Below, one piece after another: positions 49,076-59,304 of a stretch of 64,000 nucleotides of DNA (position 1 is its first letter; each line of letters opens with the position of its first letter). The position numbers and the translations under genes were made by a program. The stretch comes from Candidatus Moraniibacteriota bacterium (GTDB lineage Bacteria; Patescibacteriota; Minisyncoccia; Moranbacterales; UBA1568), in NCBI GenBank assembly GCA_016699385.1, contig CP064974.1, forward strand, positions 890,617-954,616, written 5' to 3'. The notes under the pieces are model-generated. The model worked only from the letters and a program-made list of their open reading frames with translations. It was not told where the DNA came from and ran no database searches.

Positions 49076-49400
49076 AGCACAACCCTCCTTTTGAGGTTTG
49101 CCTTTCGTTTGACCAAAAGTCACAAGGAAATCTTGGACATCGGCCTCTTGTGTTGAGTCGATACAAGCTATCAAACTGACTCAACAATGAACAAGCTAGC
49201 ATACCCTTGAAATCTTGTCAAGTGCATTTGGAACTATTTCTGATATATTGGCTTTTTAAAGGAAAAAACTCAACATTTTTCTCGTGATTTTTTCGCTATT
49301 TTACCGACACAATCCGGTAAAATTTACAAGAAAGAGACCGGGCAGAAAAAGCGAGAAATCACAGAACAAGATTCCTCAATATTTCTCAAAAAATCCGGAA

Positions 49401-51269
49401 TTATTCCACGGTCACGCTTTTGGCGAGATTCCTCGGGCGATCGATTGCCTCACCGCGTGCCGCGGCGACAAAGTAGGCAAAGAGTTGAAGCGGGATGATA
49501 GAAAGGAGAGGGGAAAGAGGTTCGATTGTCTCGGGAATGAAGAAACACTCGTCTGCAAGCCCTTTGTCGAGAAGCTCCGTATTGCCTTGGGTCGTAACGG
49601 CGATGATTCGCCCCTTTCGCGCTTTGACTTCCTGCATATTGCTCACGGTTTTCTCATACACACTGTCCTGCGGAACCACGAAAACGCAGGGGAAGCCGTC
49701 TTCGACAAGTGCCAATGGCCCATGCTTCATCTCTCCTGCCGGATAGGCTTCGGCATGAACATAGGCGATTTCTTTAATCTTGAGCGCGCCTTCAAAGGCA
49801 ACCGGCGCACTGTACCGACGCCCGAGATAAAAGAAGTCATCGCAACTCGAGAAGTGCTCCGAGACACTCCGTATCGCATCTGTCTGTGTAAAAATCTGTT
49901 GTATCTTGTCAGGAATCTGCCGGAGATGTCGAGCAAAGTCCTTGCCAGCCGCAAGCGAGAGTGCTCCGCGACGCCCGAGAGAGAGTGCTAAGCACGAAAG
50001 CACCGCGAGCTGAGACGTGAACGCTTTGGTCGACGCCACAGAGATTTCCGGCCCGGCATGCGTGTATATACCAGCATCGGTCTTCCTGGCGATGGTCGAG
50101 CCGACAACATTGACAATGCCAAGTGCCAAGGCACCCTTCCGCTGCGCCTCTTCGACTGCCGCAAGTGTATCGGCTGTTTCGCCGGACTGCGAAAGCGCAA
50201 TAAGCGCCGTTTCCGCGTCGAGCACCGGGTTCTTGTAGCGAAATTCCGAAGCAGGTGTCGCCTTGGCAGATTTCCCAGCAATATCTTCCAGAAGATATTC
50301 GCCCACCATCCCCGCATGAAGTGATGTCCCACACGAAACAAACTGAAATGAGCGAATCTTCCCCAAAGTTTTGTCCACACTCGTTAGCCCGCCGAGCCGA
50401 GCCGTCGCCGCGCCTTCTGTGAGTCGCCCGCGAAGCGCATCTTCGATAACGCGAGGTTGTTCCATGATTTCCTTGAGCATGAAGTGCGGATAGCCACCCT
50501 TCTCCGCTTCTTCGAGCGACCATTCAAGCGTCTCAATGGCTTTTGTCGCTGCATAGCGTCCATCAAGACGCGAGAGCGTATGGTTATTTTCCGTTATATG
50601 GCAGAGCTCGCCATCTTCGAGGAAGAACACGTCACGTGTCCGTGACAATATCGCCGATGGATCCGACGCGACAATATATTCGTGTTCTCCCACGCCCACA
50701 AGAAGAGGACTCCCTTGTTTCGCTACAAAGAGACTCTTTGGCTCATCTGCTCCGAGTACCAAGAGACCGTATGTGCCCCGCAATCGCACAAGCGCTGTTC
50801 GTATTGCCTCCAAGAGCGAAGGCGTTGTTTTCCGTGATTCCTCTATGAGGTGCGCAATGACTTCCGTATCGGTTTCCGACTGAAAGGTGTGGCCGAGAGC
50901 CACAAGTTCATCTTTGAGCTCACGATAGTTCTCGACAATGCCATTGTGAACAACCGCTATCCGCCCCGAACAATCCGCATGCGGATGCGCGTTGGCATCC
51001 GTCGCTCCACCATGTGTCGCCCAACGCGTATGAAGAATGGCAATCGGCGCAACAGAAGGGAAGTCTCCCGACGATTGTTGCTCGCTGATTTCCGGAACGA
51101 GCCCTTCATTGATACCACCTTTCTTCTTGGCAATATGGAGCACTCCGCCAGAGAGTGCGGCAATGCCCGCGCTATCATATCCGCGATACTCGAGCTTCAA
51201 CAACGCATTCACTCCCGCCTCGACCGCATCTCCTCCAGACGCTGCCATATAGCCCACGACTCCACACAT
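49401..51269 (-). CDS. glmS: Glutamine--fructose-6-phosphate aminotransferase
   Basis: Start MCGVVGY (N-terminal nucleophile Cys), two SIS domains, C-terminal ...RNLAKSVTVE. Confidence 0.95.
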   Translation of the reverse strand: MCGVVGYMAASGGDAVEAGVNALLKLEYRGYDSAGIAALSGGVLHIAKKKGGINEGLVPEISEQQSSGDFPSVAPIAILHTRWATHGGATDANAHPHADCSGRIAVVHNGIVENYRELKDELVALGHTFQSETDTEVIAHLIEESRKTTPSLLEAIRTALVRLRGTYGLLVLGADEPKSLFVAKQGSPLLVGVGEHEYIVASDPSAILSRTRDVFFLEDGELCHITENNHTLSRLDGRYAATKAIETLEWSLEEAEKGGYPHFMLKEIMEQPRVIEDALRGRLTEGAATARLGGLTSVDKTLGKIRSFQFVSCGTSLHAGMVGEYLLEDIAGKSAKATPASEFRYKNPVLDAETALIALSQSGETADTLAAVEEAQRKGALALGIVNVVGSTIARKTDAGIYTHAGPEISVASTKAFTSQLAVLSCLALSLGRRGALSLAAGKDFARHLRQIPDKIQQIFTQTDAIRSVSEHFSSCDDFFYLGRRYSAPVAFEGALKIKEIAYVHAEAYPAGEMKHGPLALVEDGFPCVFVVPQDSVYEKTVSNMQEVKARKGRIIAVTTQGNTELLDKGLADECFFIPETIEPLSPLLSIIPLQLFAYFVAAARGEAIDRPRNLAKSVTVE

Positions 51270-51418
51270 AAACATGTTTATTAGTGCGCATCTAAAAACA
51301 TCGGCATTCTCCTTGAGGTGTAGCAAAGAAGTGAGAAAAAAACAATGCAAAAAAATATCCAAAAATATTGACACCCTATTTAGAATCCCCTACACTGCCC
51401 AGTCAATAAAAGATATCT

Positions 51419-51601
51419 ATGTCTTCCAAGGAAATTCTTACTCTCTTCATCCTCCTCACAAGTGGTGCCGGTCTTTCTATGGCGGTTGATTTGGCACTTG
51501 GCATTCGGTGGCAGAGGTTCAAAGTCTGGAAATGGCTCATTCACATTACCACCCTCATTCTTTACGGCGCCATAATCGCCGCTTATATGATTCTGAATTG
51601 A
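51419..51601 (+). CDS. Possible small two-TM membrane protein
   Basis: 60 aa with two hydrophobic helices. No clear RBS. Confidence 0.3.
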   Translation: MSSKEILTLFILLTSGAGLSMAVDLALGIRWQRFKVWKWLIHITTLILYGAIIAAYMILN

Positions 51602-51765
51602 CGAATCATCTGAAACGCCGTATACTTCGCTCGAAGATACGGCTTGTTTTTCCTTAATATACGCCCAAAGGAATCGCCCTCGGCACAGAAGAATACCCAA
51701 GATTTTCAATATGATTTCTTGGTGACTCTCCCGTGTTTAGCGGCTTCCCGACGGGCAAAACAGCT

Positions 51766-53877
51766 ATGCAAGAACAGAAATGGTCCCTCCAAATCGGAGG
51801 ACGCGTCCTTGAGCTCTCGACTGGACTCCTCGCAGGACAAGCAAATGGCGCTGTTCGCGCTCAATATGGCGACACTGTCGTCCTCGCAACCGCCGTCATG
51901 GGCAAGAATCCCTCGAATATTTCGGGGTATTTCCCACTTCTCGTCGACTACGAAGAGCGCTATTACGCTGCCGGAAAAATAAAAGGGTCTCGTTTTGTAA
52001 AGCGAGAGGGGCGTCCCTCTGATGATGCCGTCCTCACCGGACGTGCCGTCGACCGCACAATTCGCCCACTCTTTAATGCGCGAATGAGAAACGACGTACA
52101 GGTTATCGTTACAACACTCTCATTTGACGGTGAGAATGATCCCGATACGATTGGTATGATTGCCGCTTCCGCCGCACTCGCCCTCTCAGATATTCCTTGG
52201 AATGGACCAATTGGTGCTGTCCGCGTCGGCAAAATAAATGAGAATTTCATTCTCAATCCCATAAACGGCGAGCGAACCGAGAGTGACCTTGACCTTCTCA
52301 TCGCTGGAACAAACGAGAAGGTGAATATGATGGAAGTTTCCGCCAAAGAAGTGCCGGAATCTATCATGATAGAAGCCTTTGCCTTTGGTTTCGAAGCTGT
52401 CAAGAAAATCGCCGATTTTGTCGAATCGATACAGAAAGAGGTTGGAAAAGAAAAGCTTGTGCCAACACTCCTCGAAGCACCAAAAGAAGTCGAAACCGAC
52501 ATCCGTCGATGGTTTGAAGAGAAAGGTCTCGCTCAAGCACTCTATCTCAAAGGGAAGAAAGAGACCTACGATCAACTTCGCGAGATTCGCGAGTATGTCG
52601 ATGAAAAAATAGGTGAAACCTACGCGAATATTCCAAAAATCCGCGAAGTCACTGAACAGGTCTTCGAAGAGCTCTCCGATGAAATCGTGCATGAAAATGT
52701 CTTAAAAAATGAGAAGCGCCCAGATGGACGCGCACTCACCGAGATTCGACCCATCTCGTGCCAGGTTGGTATACTTCCGCGCACACACGGCACGGGACTC
52801 TTTACCCGCGGTGAGACACAAGCGCTCACTGTCGCCACTCTCGGCTCCCCAGGCGATGAGCAAATCATCGACACTATGGAAGTCGACATGAAGAAGCGAT
52901 ACATCCACCACTACAATTTCCCCCCATATTCTGTTGGTGAAGTAAAGCCGATGCGCGGTCCTGGACGGCGCGAAGTGGGACATGGTGCCCTTGCTGAGAA
53001 GGCGCTTGTTCCGGTGCTTCCCAGCAAAGAAGACTTCCCATATACCATACTTTTGGTTTCTGAGATACTCTCCTCTAATGGATCATCATCCATGGCATCA
53101 ACCTGCGGATCAACACTCGCCCTCATGGACGCTGGCGTGCCGATATCAGCACCTGTCTCCGGCATCGCTATGGGCATCATTGTTGGCGACGAGAAAAACT
53201 ACAAAGTACTGACCGATATCCAGGGACTCGAAGATCACTACGGCGACATGGACTTCAAAGCCGCTGGAACCACCAAGGGACTTACAGCAATCCAAATGGA
53301 TGTAAAGGTAGATGGCGTCACGCTCGAAATGCTTGAAGCTGTACTCATGCAAGCAAAGGGAAATCGTGCCGACATCCTCGGAAAAATGCTCGCGACACTC
53401 CCTCAGGCACGCACCAACCTTTCACCATACGCACCACGCATCATCGTACTCCATATCAATCCAGAGAAAATCCGCGATGTTATCGGGCCAGGTGGCAAGA
53501 TGATCAATCGCATCATCGATGAAACCGGCGTCGAAATCGATATCGAAGACGACGGCTCCGTCTTCGTCACATCTCCAGATGAAATAAGCTCCAAAAAGGC
53601 TGTTGAATGGATCAACAATCTCACGCGCGAAGTAAAGCCGGGCGAACTCTTCCAAGGTCGAGTCACGCGTCTCATGAATTTCGGGGCTTTTGTTGAAGTA
53701 CTCCCAAATCAAGAAGGGCTTGTCCATATCTCCGAGCTCGCCGAGCAACGAGTCGAGCGCGTCGAAGATATTGTACAAGTGGGCGATATTATCCCTGTCA
53801 TTGTGAAGAATATCGACGACCAAGGTCGCATCAATCTCTCAAGAAAAGCCGCTTTGGGAAAAACGATTACTGAGTAA
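51766..53877 (+). CDS. pnp: Polyribonucleotide nucleotidyltransferase (PNPase)
   Basis: Start MQEQKWSL. Two RNase PH domains followed by C-terminal KH and S1 domains ([15 protein letters not shown]). Confidence 0.95.
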   Translation: MQEQKWSLQIGGRVLELSTGLLAGQANGAVRAQYGDTVVLATAVMGKNPSNISGYFPLLVDYEERYYAAGKIKGSRFVKREGRPSDDAVLTGRAVDRTIRPLFNARMRNDVQVIVTTLSFDGENDPDTIGMIAASAALALSDIPWNGPIGAVRVGKINENFILNPINGERTESDLDLLIAGTNEKVNMMEVSAKEVPESIMIEAFAFGFEAVKKIADFVESIQKEVGKEKLVPTLLEAPKEVETDIRRWFEEKGLAQALYLKGKKETYDQLREIREYVDEKIGETYANIPKIREVTEQVFEELSDEIVHENVLKNEKRPDGRALTEIRPISCQVGILPRTHGTGLFTRGETQALTVATLGSPGDEQIIDTMEVDMKKRYIHHYNFPPYSVGEVKPMRGPGRREVGHGALAEKALVPVLPSKEDFPYTILLVSEILSSNGSSSMASTCGSTLALMDAGVPISAPVSGIAMGIIVGDEKNYKVLTDIQGLEDHYGDMDFKAAGTTKGLTAIQMDVKVDGVTLEMLEAVLMQAKGNRADILGKMLATLPQARTNLSPYAPRIIVLHINPEKIRDVIGPGGKMINRIIDETGVEIDIEDDGSVFVTSPDEISSKKAVEWINNLTREVKPGELFQGRVTRLMNFGAFVEVLPNQEGLVHISELAEQRVERVEDIVQVGDIIPVIVKNIDDQGRINLSRKAALGKTITE

Positions 53878-53955
53878 GCCTCACAACTCTTGATAGCTCG
53901 TCCAGAGTAACAACTTGTGATAGAATAGAAGACGGAAGAAGTTCCGTCTTCTTTC

Positions 53956-55407
53956 TTGCTCAAAAACAAAAATGCTATGGGTTTCTTCTCAAAAAAAATA
54001 TCCGCCGGAGATAAAAACGATACGCACGAAATGGTTGACGCAAAAATCCACGTCATGCAACATGACTTGGATGAAATCGCCAAGAACGGTCATGTCGAAA
54101 TAGAACCGGATCATCAAGAGAAGTCCGCACAACAAAAGCCAGTTTCTTCGAAACCTCCAGAAGAGGAGTCGCTCCCTGTAGACAGTCCATTTTCTCAATC
54201 AATATACCCTCCCACTACACCGGAGACACCAGCACTGTCCCTTGAGACACCTCAAGCACCTTCCGATGCACCACAACAAGAATCCCTGCCGGAGGATGTC
54301 CAAGCAGTGCCGCCCGCACGTCCATCAGAACCTCTTAATCTCCCGACATTTCAAGGAGCGCAAGTTCCCGCACCTCGCGAGTTCATGCACCTCAACATCG
54401 AAAAACAAGCTTCATCGACAGCGTACGAAAAGCCGCCTGAACCAGAACCTGCCCCAACAGAAAGTCTCAAATCACCTTCCGCGTCACAGGAATCATTGCG
54501 CAGCGGCAATTGGCCAGTCGAAGCGCCCGCAGAAACGACTTCAACCAAAAAGGGAGCACTCAAGAAAACAACACCGAAAAAGATTTCTTTGCGGAAGACA
54601 CCCACAGACAAGAAGGTGATGTCTGACAACATTATTTTGAAAGAGCGCTGGGGATGGAAGCATTTTCTCCTAATAGTTGTCATACTCGGGACTATCAGTG
54701 GTGGAGCGTTCTATTTTTGGAAAACGCGATTTTTCCAGGAGAGAATGGACTCATTAGCAATCACGCACCCAAATATTCCCGATATTTCCAGCAATGATAC
54801 GACTGATAAACTCCGCAATAAACCAGACGCATCTTTTCCATTCTCAACAACCAATGCAAATCCATTCCTGGTTGATGTCGAAACAGAGACTGTATCAACA
54901 CTCCGAGAACAACTCATGAAAAACGCGGAGACAATGAGACAGGCGAATATGACCGGACCCGTGCCATTCTCCGTCGTCGACAAAACCAACACGCCAATTG
55001 CCTTCTTCATATTCGCTTCCATATTCAATCTCGGGCTTTCTGGCGATCTTCTCAATAGCCTCGACAATAGCTTCACCCTCTCACTCTTCCTCGACAATGG
55101 AGAGCCCCGAACAACGCTCACCATCACTACAAAAAATCCCACCGATGCCCAGAAATATCTTACCGCGTCCGAGAAGACACTTCCGCTCAGTCTCAAGAAT
55201 ATTCTCCTTGTAGACACTCCGCCAACCGTACCAGCAGCAACTTTTTCCACCACTTCCTACAAGAGTACCACAATACGCTATTTCAACCTCTCCATAGAGA
55301 CACCTCTCTCGTTTGATTACACATTTATCGACAACACACTCATCATTGGCACAAGCAAGAACGCAGAACGCGCTAGCATCGATGTAATACTCGATTCAAA
55401 GAAGTAA
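53956..55407 (+). CDS. Hypothetical bitopic membrane protein with Pro/Glu-rich N-terminal region
   Basis: 483 aa. Single TM (HFLLIVVILGTISGGAFYFW) after a low-complexity P/E/S/T-rich region, then a C-terminal globular domain. Confidence 0.55.
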   Translation: MLKNKNAMGFFSKKISAGDKNDTHEMVDAKIHVMQHDLDEIAKNGHVEIEPDHQEKSAQQKPVSSKPPEEESLPVDSPFSQSIYPPTTPETPALSLETPQAPSDAPQQESLPEDVQAVPPARPSEPLNLPTFQGAQVPAPREFMHLNIEKQASSTAYEKPPEPEPAPTESLKSPSASQESLRSGNWPVEAPAETTSTKKGALKKTTPKKISLRKTPTDKKVMSDNIILKERWGWKHFLLIVVILGTISGGAFYFWKTRFFQERMDSLAITHPNIPDISSNDTTDKLRNKPDASFPFSTTNANPFLVDVETETVSTLREQLMKNAETMRQANMTGPVPFSVVDKTNTPIAFFIFASIFNLGLSGDLLNSLDNSFTLSLFLDNGEPRTTLTITTKNPTDAQKYLTASEKTLPLSLKNILLVDTPPTVPAATFSTTSYKSTTIRYFNLSIETPLSFDYTFIDNTLIIGTSKNAERASIDVILDSKK

Positions 55408-56157
55408 GTCAAAAAGATTCTCTGAGAGATTTTGGCTCAAGTGAAAGATAAAAAAAGAATTTCTTTTCTTTTCCAACGAATATTTTTCGAAAATACCTCA
55501 AAAAAAATGCTGATGGGATTAATCGAAGAATGCTTTTGTAGAGACATTCTCCAAAAAAACTTCTCCCGCGTTGACCCAGCACTTTTTTTCTGTTATACTG
55601 AGATTGTTATCAAGTGAAAGAGCAGTTCATTAAAAAACAAAAGTACTCACTAGTTGACCCGTCCGGCGAAGTCCTCTCTTCATCGAACGGTAGCGGGGTT
55701 CCAATCGCAATTTCCCCCTATTTGCGATTGGACTCCCCCTACTGTTCCTCCTCGAAAAATTTCGAGGCTCTCCTTCATCCGACAAGGAGAAACCAAAAAA
55801 CAAAAACAAATTTTCCTGTCGAACAAAAATAAAGACAGAAAAATAAAAAGAAAAAACAAAAAAACAGTTCTTTCAAAAAGGAATCAAAAAAAGGATTCCA
55901 AAAAACCAGGCTAAATGCCAAGGACACGGTACGGGCGATACTCAATCGGAAGAGTGTTACAACTTACATGCGATCATATCACGCGAAGTTCTTAATGGAT
56001 TACTGATGCTCCTCACCCGTGCTAGGTAACCGGAACACGCGTTGGCGCATGGCCGGGGGCTACCCACCAACTTATTCATATTTGGGTGCGCGTAGCACCC
56101 GGCAACCAACTCTTTTATACTTTTCACTCACAACTTCTCATTCTCGAAAGTCCCGAA

Positions 56158-56183
56158 AAACCCGAAAGGGTGTTTTTTATTTG
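56158..56183 (+). terminator. Weak terminator-like hairpin plus T-run ending a long noncoding stretch
   Basis: ACCCGAAAGGGTGTTTTTTATTT. Confidence 0.3.
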
Positions 56184-56256
56184 AAGAAATTCGCGTTTCA
56201 GCTTAAAATATCGACTACACAGTAAACAAACGAGCATATCGCCGTCTCCGCCCCAT

Positions 56257-56658
56257 ATGAAAATACCGAGTTTCTCCATTTTTCAAGACAAACATGGCTC
56301 CATTGGGAAAAAGGGTGAGAATATCGCAGCGACGTATCTCAAGAAAAAAGGGTTTAAAATTCTCAAAATGAACTATATAAATCCCAAAGGAAAGCAGCTT
56401 GGTGAAATAGATATCATCGCGCAAAAAGAGGAGATACTTGTCTTTGTAGAGGTAAAAACACGAAAGGGAGAAACAAATAAGGTCTTCCCAGAAGACAATC
56501 TGACACCAAGTAAGCTCCACAAACTCGAGAAAATCGCCACGCATTATCTTCAATCGCATCATCTCCAAGACAAGTCCTATCACTTCGATGCGATTACTGT
56601 CCTCTTTGACGAAAAGCAAACTGCAGTCATACGCCACTTCGAACATATTTTCGTATAA
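56257..56658 (+). CDS. yraN: YraN-family (UPF0102) endonuclease-fold protein
   Basis: GENIAATYLKKKGFKIL...GEIDIIAQK..ILVFVEVKTRKG pattern; 133 aa. Confidence 0.8.
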   Translation: MKIPSFSIFQDKHGSIGKKGENIAATYLKKKGFKILKMNYINPKGKQLGEIDIIAQKEEILVFVEVKTRKGETNKVFPEDNLTPSKLHKLEKIATHYLQSHHLQDKSYHFDAITVLFDEKQTAVIRHFEHIFV

Positions 56659-56724
56659 ACTTCCATCTAGACAGCATCTCTATTCCCTCGTATACTCCAA
56701 GTACAAGCTATTAAAACAATCCCT

Positions 56725-57075
56725 ATGCCCCTCGATGCCACAACACTCACCGAACTCAAAGAAAAACTCCTCACCGAAAAGACTCGGCTCGAGGAGGCGC
56801 TCTCGAAGTTTGCCACCAAAACCGATGTCCCTGGCGAATATGAAACGCGCATGGAGGCAATTGGCACCGACATGGACGACAATGCAACCGAAGTTGAAGG
56901 ATACGTCGACAATATTGCCGTCGAGTCCAATCTTGAGAAAGAGCTCCGTGACGTCCTCGATGCGCTCGAAAAGATGGAAACTGGAACCTATGGCATTTGC
57001 GAAAACACCGGCAAAGAAATCTCCCTCGATCGACTCCGCGTCTATCCAGCTGCCCGCACCACCATCAACAAATAG
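56725..57075 (+). CDS. DksA/TraR-family protein lacking the full Cys4 zinc finger
   Basis: Coiled-coil N-terminus and C-terminal GTYGICENTGKEISLDRLRVYPAARTTI (a single Cys where the C4 finger is expected). Confidence 0.6.
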   Translation: MPLDATTLTELKEKLLTEKTRLEEALSKFATKTDVPGEYETRMEAIGTDMDDNATEVEGYVDNIAVESNLEKELRDVLDALEKMETGTYGICENTGKEISLDRLRVYPAARTTINK

Positions 57076-57079
57076 CCTT

Positions 57080-57520
57080 ATGATTGTCCGAAGCAAGGCT
57101 TGGCATATATGTGTCTCAAGCCTTGTTTTTTTTGTCGTGTGCCAAATCTCAACACTCGCTCTTTTGCCAAAGACACTTGTCTGCAATAGCGGTATCAGCT
57201 TCAGCATCAATATTCCCGTATTCGTGCTGATTCCGGCAATCATCATCTCCCTTTTCTTCATTGCGGGTACGCTCCAGGCAATGCTGCAAGGGAAAACATT
57301 GGGGCATTTAGCCATACTCGGTGGAAGTCTCGTGTTTGGCGGGGCATTTTCAAATATCACCGATCGCCTCTTCCGGGGTTGTGTTCCTGACTTTTTTCAT
57401 ATATTCTTCTTTCCAACGTTCAATGTGGCGGATATGGGAATAAGTATGGGGGCTATTTTACTCCTCATACCAATGTTTCAAAAAGACAAAGAAACAAATA
57501 ATCCAGTGAAAAAATTCTAA
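57080..57520 (+). CDS. lspA: Lipoprotein signal peptidase II
   Basis: Start MIVRSKAW. Four TM helices and the FNVAD active-site motif. Annotated within the longer 56588..57520 ORF. Confidence 0.8.
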   Translation: MIVRSKAWHICVSSLVFFVVCQISTLALLPKTLVCNSGISFSINIPVFVLIPAIIISLFFIAGTLQAMLQGKTLGHLAILGGSLVFGGAFSNITDRLFRGCVPDFFHIFFFPTFNVADMGISMGAILLLIPMFQKDKETNNPVKKF

Positions 57521-57554
57521 AATTCATTCGAAATTTGCCCTTCACATTACCGTC

Positions 57555-59081
57555 ATGCCTGCCAAGATATTCTCTGCTGCAACACTCGGACTCGAAAGTG
57601 AACTCGTCGAAGTGGAAGTTGATGCTTTCAATACCGGCATGCATCACTTCACCGTCGTCGGACTTCCCGATACCACCATCAAAGAATCCCGCGACCGCGT
57701 AAGCTCCGCCCTCAAAAACAGCGGCTTTCTCCCTCCGCATCGCTTTGGTCGCATCACGGTCAATCTTGCTCCCGCTGATTTGCCCAAGAACAGCCCTGTC
57801 TACGATGTTCCCATGGCACTCGGATTTCTCCTTGCGACCGAACAGCTTTCGTTCGACTTTCGCGACAAGCTCTTCATCGGAGAACTCTCCCTCGACGGCA
57901 AAGTCCGTCCTGTAGGAGGCGTCCTCCCTATCGCTCTCCTCGCCAAGAGGCTCGGCATGACCGAGCTCTATGTGCCAGAAAAAAATGCCGATGAGGCCGC
58001 GATGGTAAAAGGTATTCGAATCATTCCCATTACTTCGCTTTTTGAAACCGCACAACATCTCTCGGGCGCCAAGACACTCGCACCCACTCCCGATATTGAT
58101 ATGGAAGCAATGTTTCGGGAAGAATCCTTTCTCCTCGATATGAAAGACGTACGAGGACAAGAGCATGCCAAGCGCGCCTTGGAAATTGCCGCTGCCGGCG
58201 GGCACAATATCCTCATGAGCGGTCCCCCAGGAAGCGGCAAGACTGTCCTCGCTAAGACACTTCCGTCTATCCTTCCAAAACTCAACTTCGAGGAAAGCAT
58301 CGAAATTACCAAAATATTCTCCATTGCCGGATTCCTCACGCGAAGCAATACGCTCGTGACAACGCGCCCCTTTCGTTCGCCACACCACAGCGCAAGTGCC
58401 GTTTCGCTTGTGGGAGGCGGGTCATTCCCTAAACCCGGAGAGATCAGCCTCGCGCACCGAGGCGTCCTCTTCCTCGATGAGTTCGGCGAATTTTCCAAAA
58501 ACGTTCTAGAAAACCTCCGCCAACCGCTCGAAGACGGACACATCACCGTCTCCCGTGCCAAAGGATCACTCCATTTCCCGGCGCGATTCATCTTGGTCGC
58601 CGCAATGAATCCCTGTCCCTGCGGCAATATGGGCGATCCCGATCGATTGTGCTCGTGCTCACCCCGCGAAACCCTGCGATACAAGACGCGCATTTCCGGT
58701 CCCATTATGGATCGCATCGATCTCCACATCGAAGTCCCGCGCATTCCCTTTGAGAAACTCGAAGCACCAGAAAACGCCGAGACAAGTCTCTCCATCCGGG
58801 AGCGAGTTGAAAAAGCCCGTGACATACAACGCGAACGATTTGTTGGAAAGGGCATATTCACCAATGCTGAAATGGGATCCGCTCTCATCCGCGAGGTCTG
58901 CCCACTCGACCAGCCTTCCAAAGACCTCTTACGTCAAGCCGTTTCCTCCATGCATCTCTCCGCCCGTGCCTACTACCGCCTCATTAAGCTCGCCCGCACC
59001 ATCGCCGACCTCGAGTCCGCCGAACACATCCTCCCCAAACACCTCGCCGAAGCCATACAATATCGGTTTAAGACGGAGTAA
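57555..59081 (+). CDS. comM: YifB/ComM Mg-chelatase-like AAA+ ATPase
   Basis: Lon-like N-terminal domain, Walker A GPPGSGKT and a C-terminal ChlI-like region; 508 aa. Confidence 0.9.
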   Translation: MPAKIFSAATLGLESELVEVEVDAFNTGMHHFTVVGLPDTTIKESRDRVSSALKNSGFLPPHRFGRITVNLAPADLPKNSPVYDVPMALGFLLATEQLSFDFRDKLFIGELSLDGKVRPVGGVLPIALLAKRLGMTELYVPEKNADEAAMVKGIRIIPITSLFETAQHLSGAKTLAPTPDIDMEAMFREESFLLDMKDVRGQEHAKRALEIAAAGGHNILMSGPPGSGKTVLAKTLPSILPKLNFEESIEITKIFSIAGFLTRSNTLVTTRPFRSPHHSASAVSLVGGGSFPKPGEISLAHRGVLFLDEFGEFSKNVLENLRQPLEDGHITVSRAKGSLHFPARFILVAAMNPCPCGNMGDPDRLCSCSPRETLRYKTRISGPIMDRIDLHIEVPRIPFEKLEAPENAETSLSIRERVEKARDIQRERFVGKGIFTNAEMGSALIREVCPLDQPSKDLLRQAVSSMHLSARAYYRLIKLARTIADLESAEHILPKHLAEAIQYRFKTE

Positions 59082-59304
59082 AAAGATAAACTTTTTGTTT
59101 TCAAAATAACGGGCATGATACAGAAAGTATCATGCCCAAATACATGCGCCTCTCTAGGGAGACCTTACCCTCTTCTTTTCTTCACAGACACCTCAAACCA
59201 TATGTAGAAATGCATCTGCAATAGACACACCATCAAAGATGAAGCTTTGACGAATCGTGTAATCAACGCTGGGATTTCTAACAGCTAATTATACACACAT
59301 TATA

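Noticed and set aside
55614-55914. ORFs 55614..55832 and 55654..55914 in the A-rich noncoding stretch
   Set aside because: Lys-rich translations of a poly-A-like tract with no RBS; more likely noncoding.
55900-56190. SRP (4.5S) RNA
   Set aside because: Weak resemblance (AGGTAACCGGAAC) to the helix-8 GGAA-tetraloop region, but the conserved CAGGUCCGGAAGGAAGCAGC core is not present.
57465-58921. Minus-strand ORFs 57465..58388 and 57968..58921 opposite comM
   Set aside because: Antisense to a well-supported AAA+ gene; low-complexity translation.
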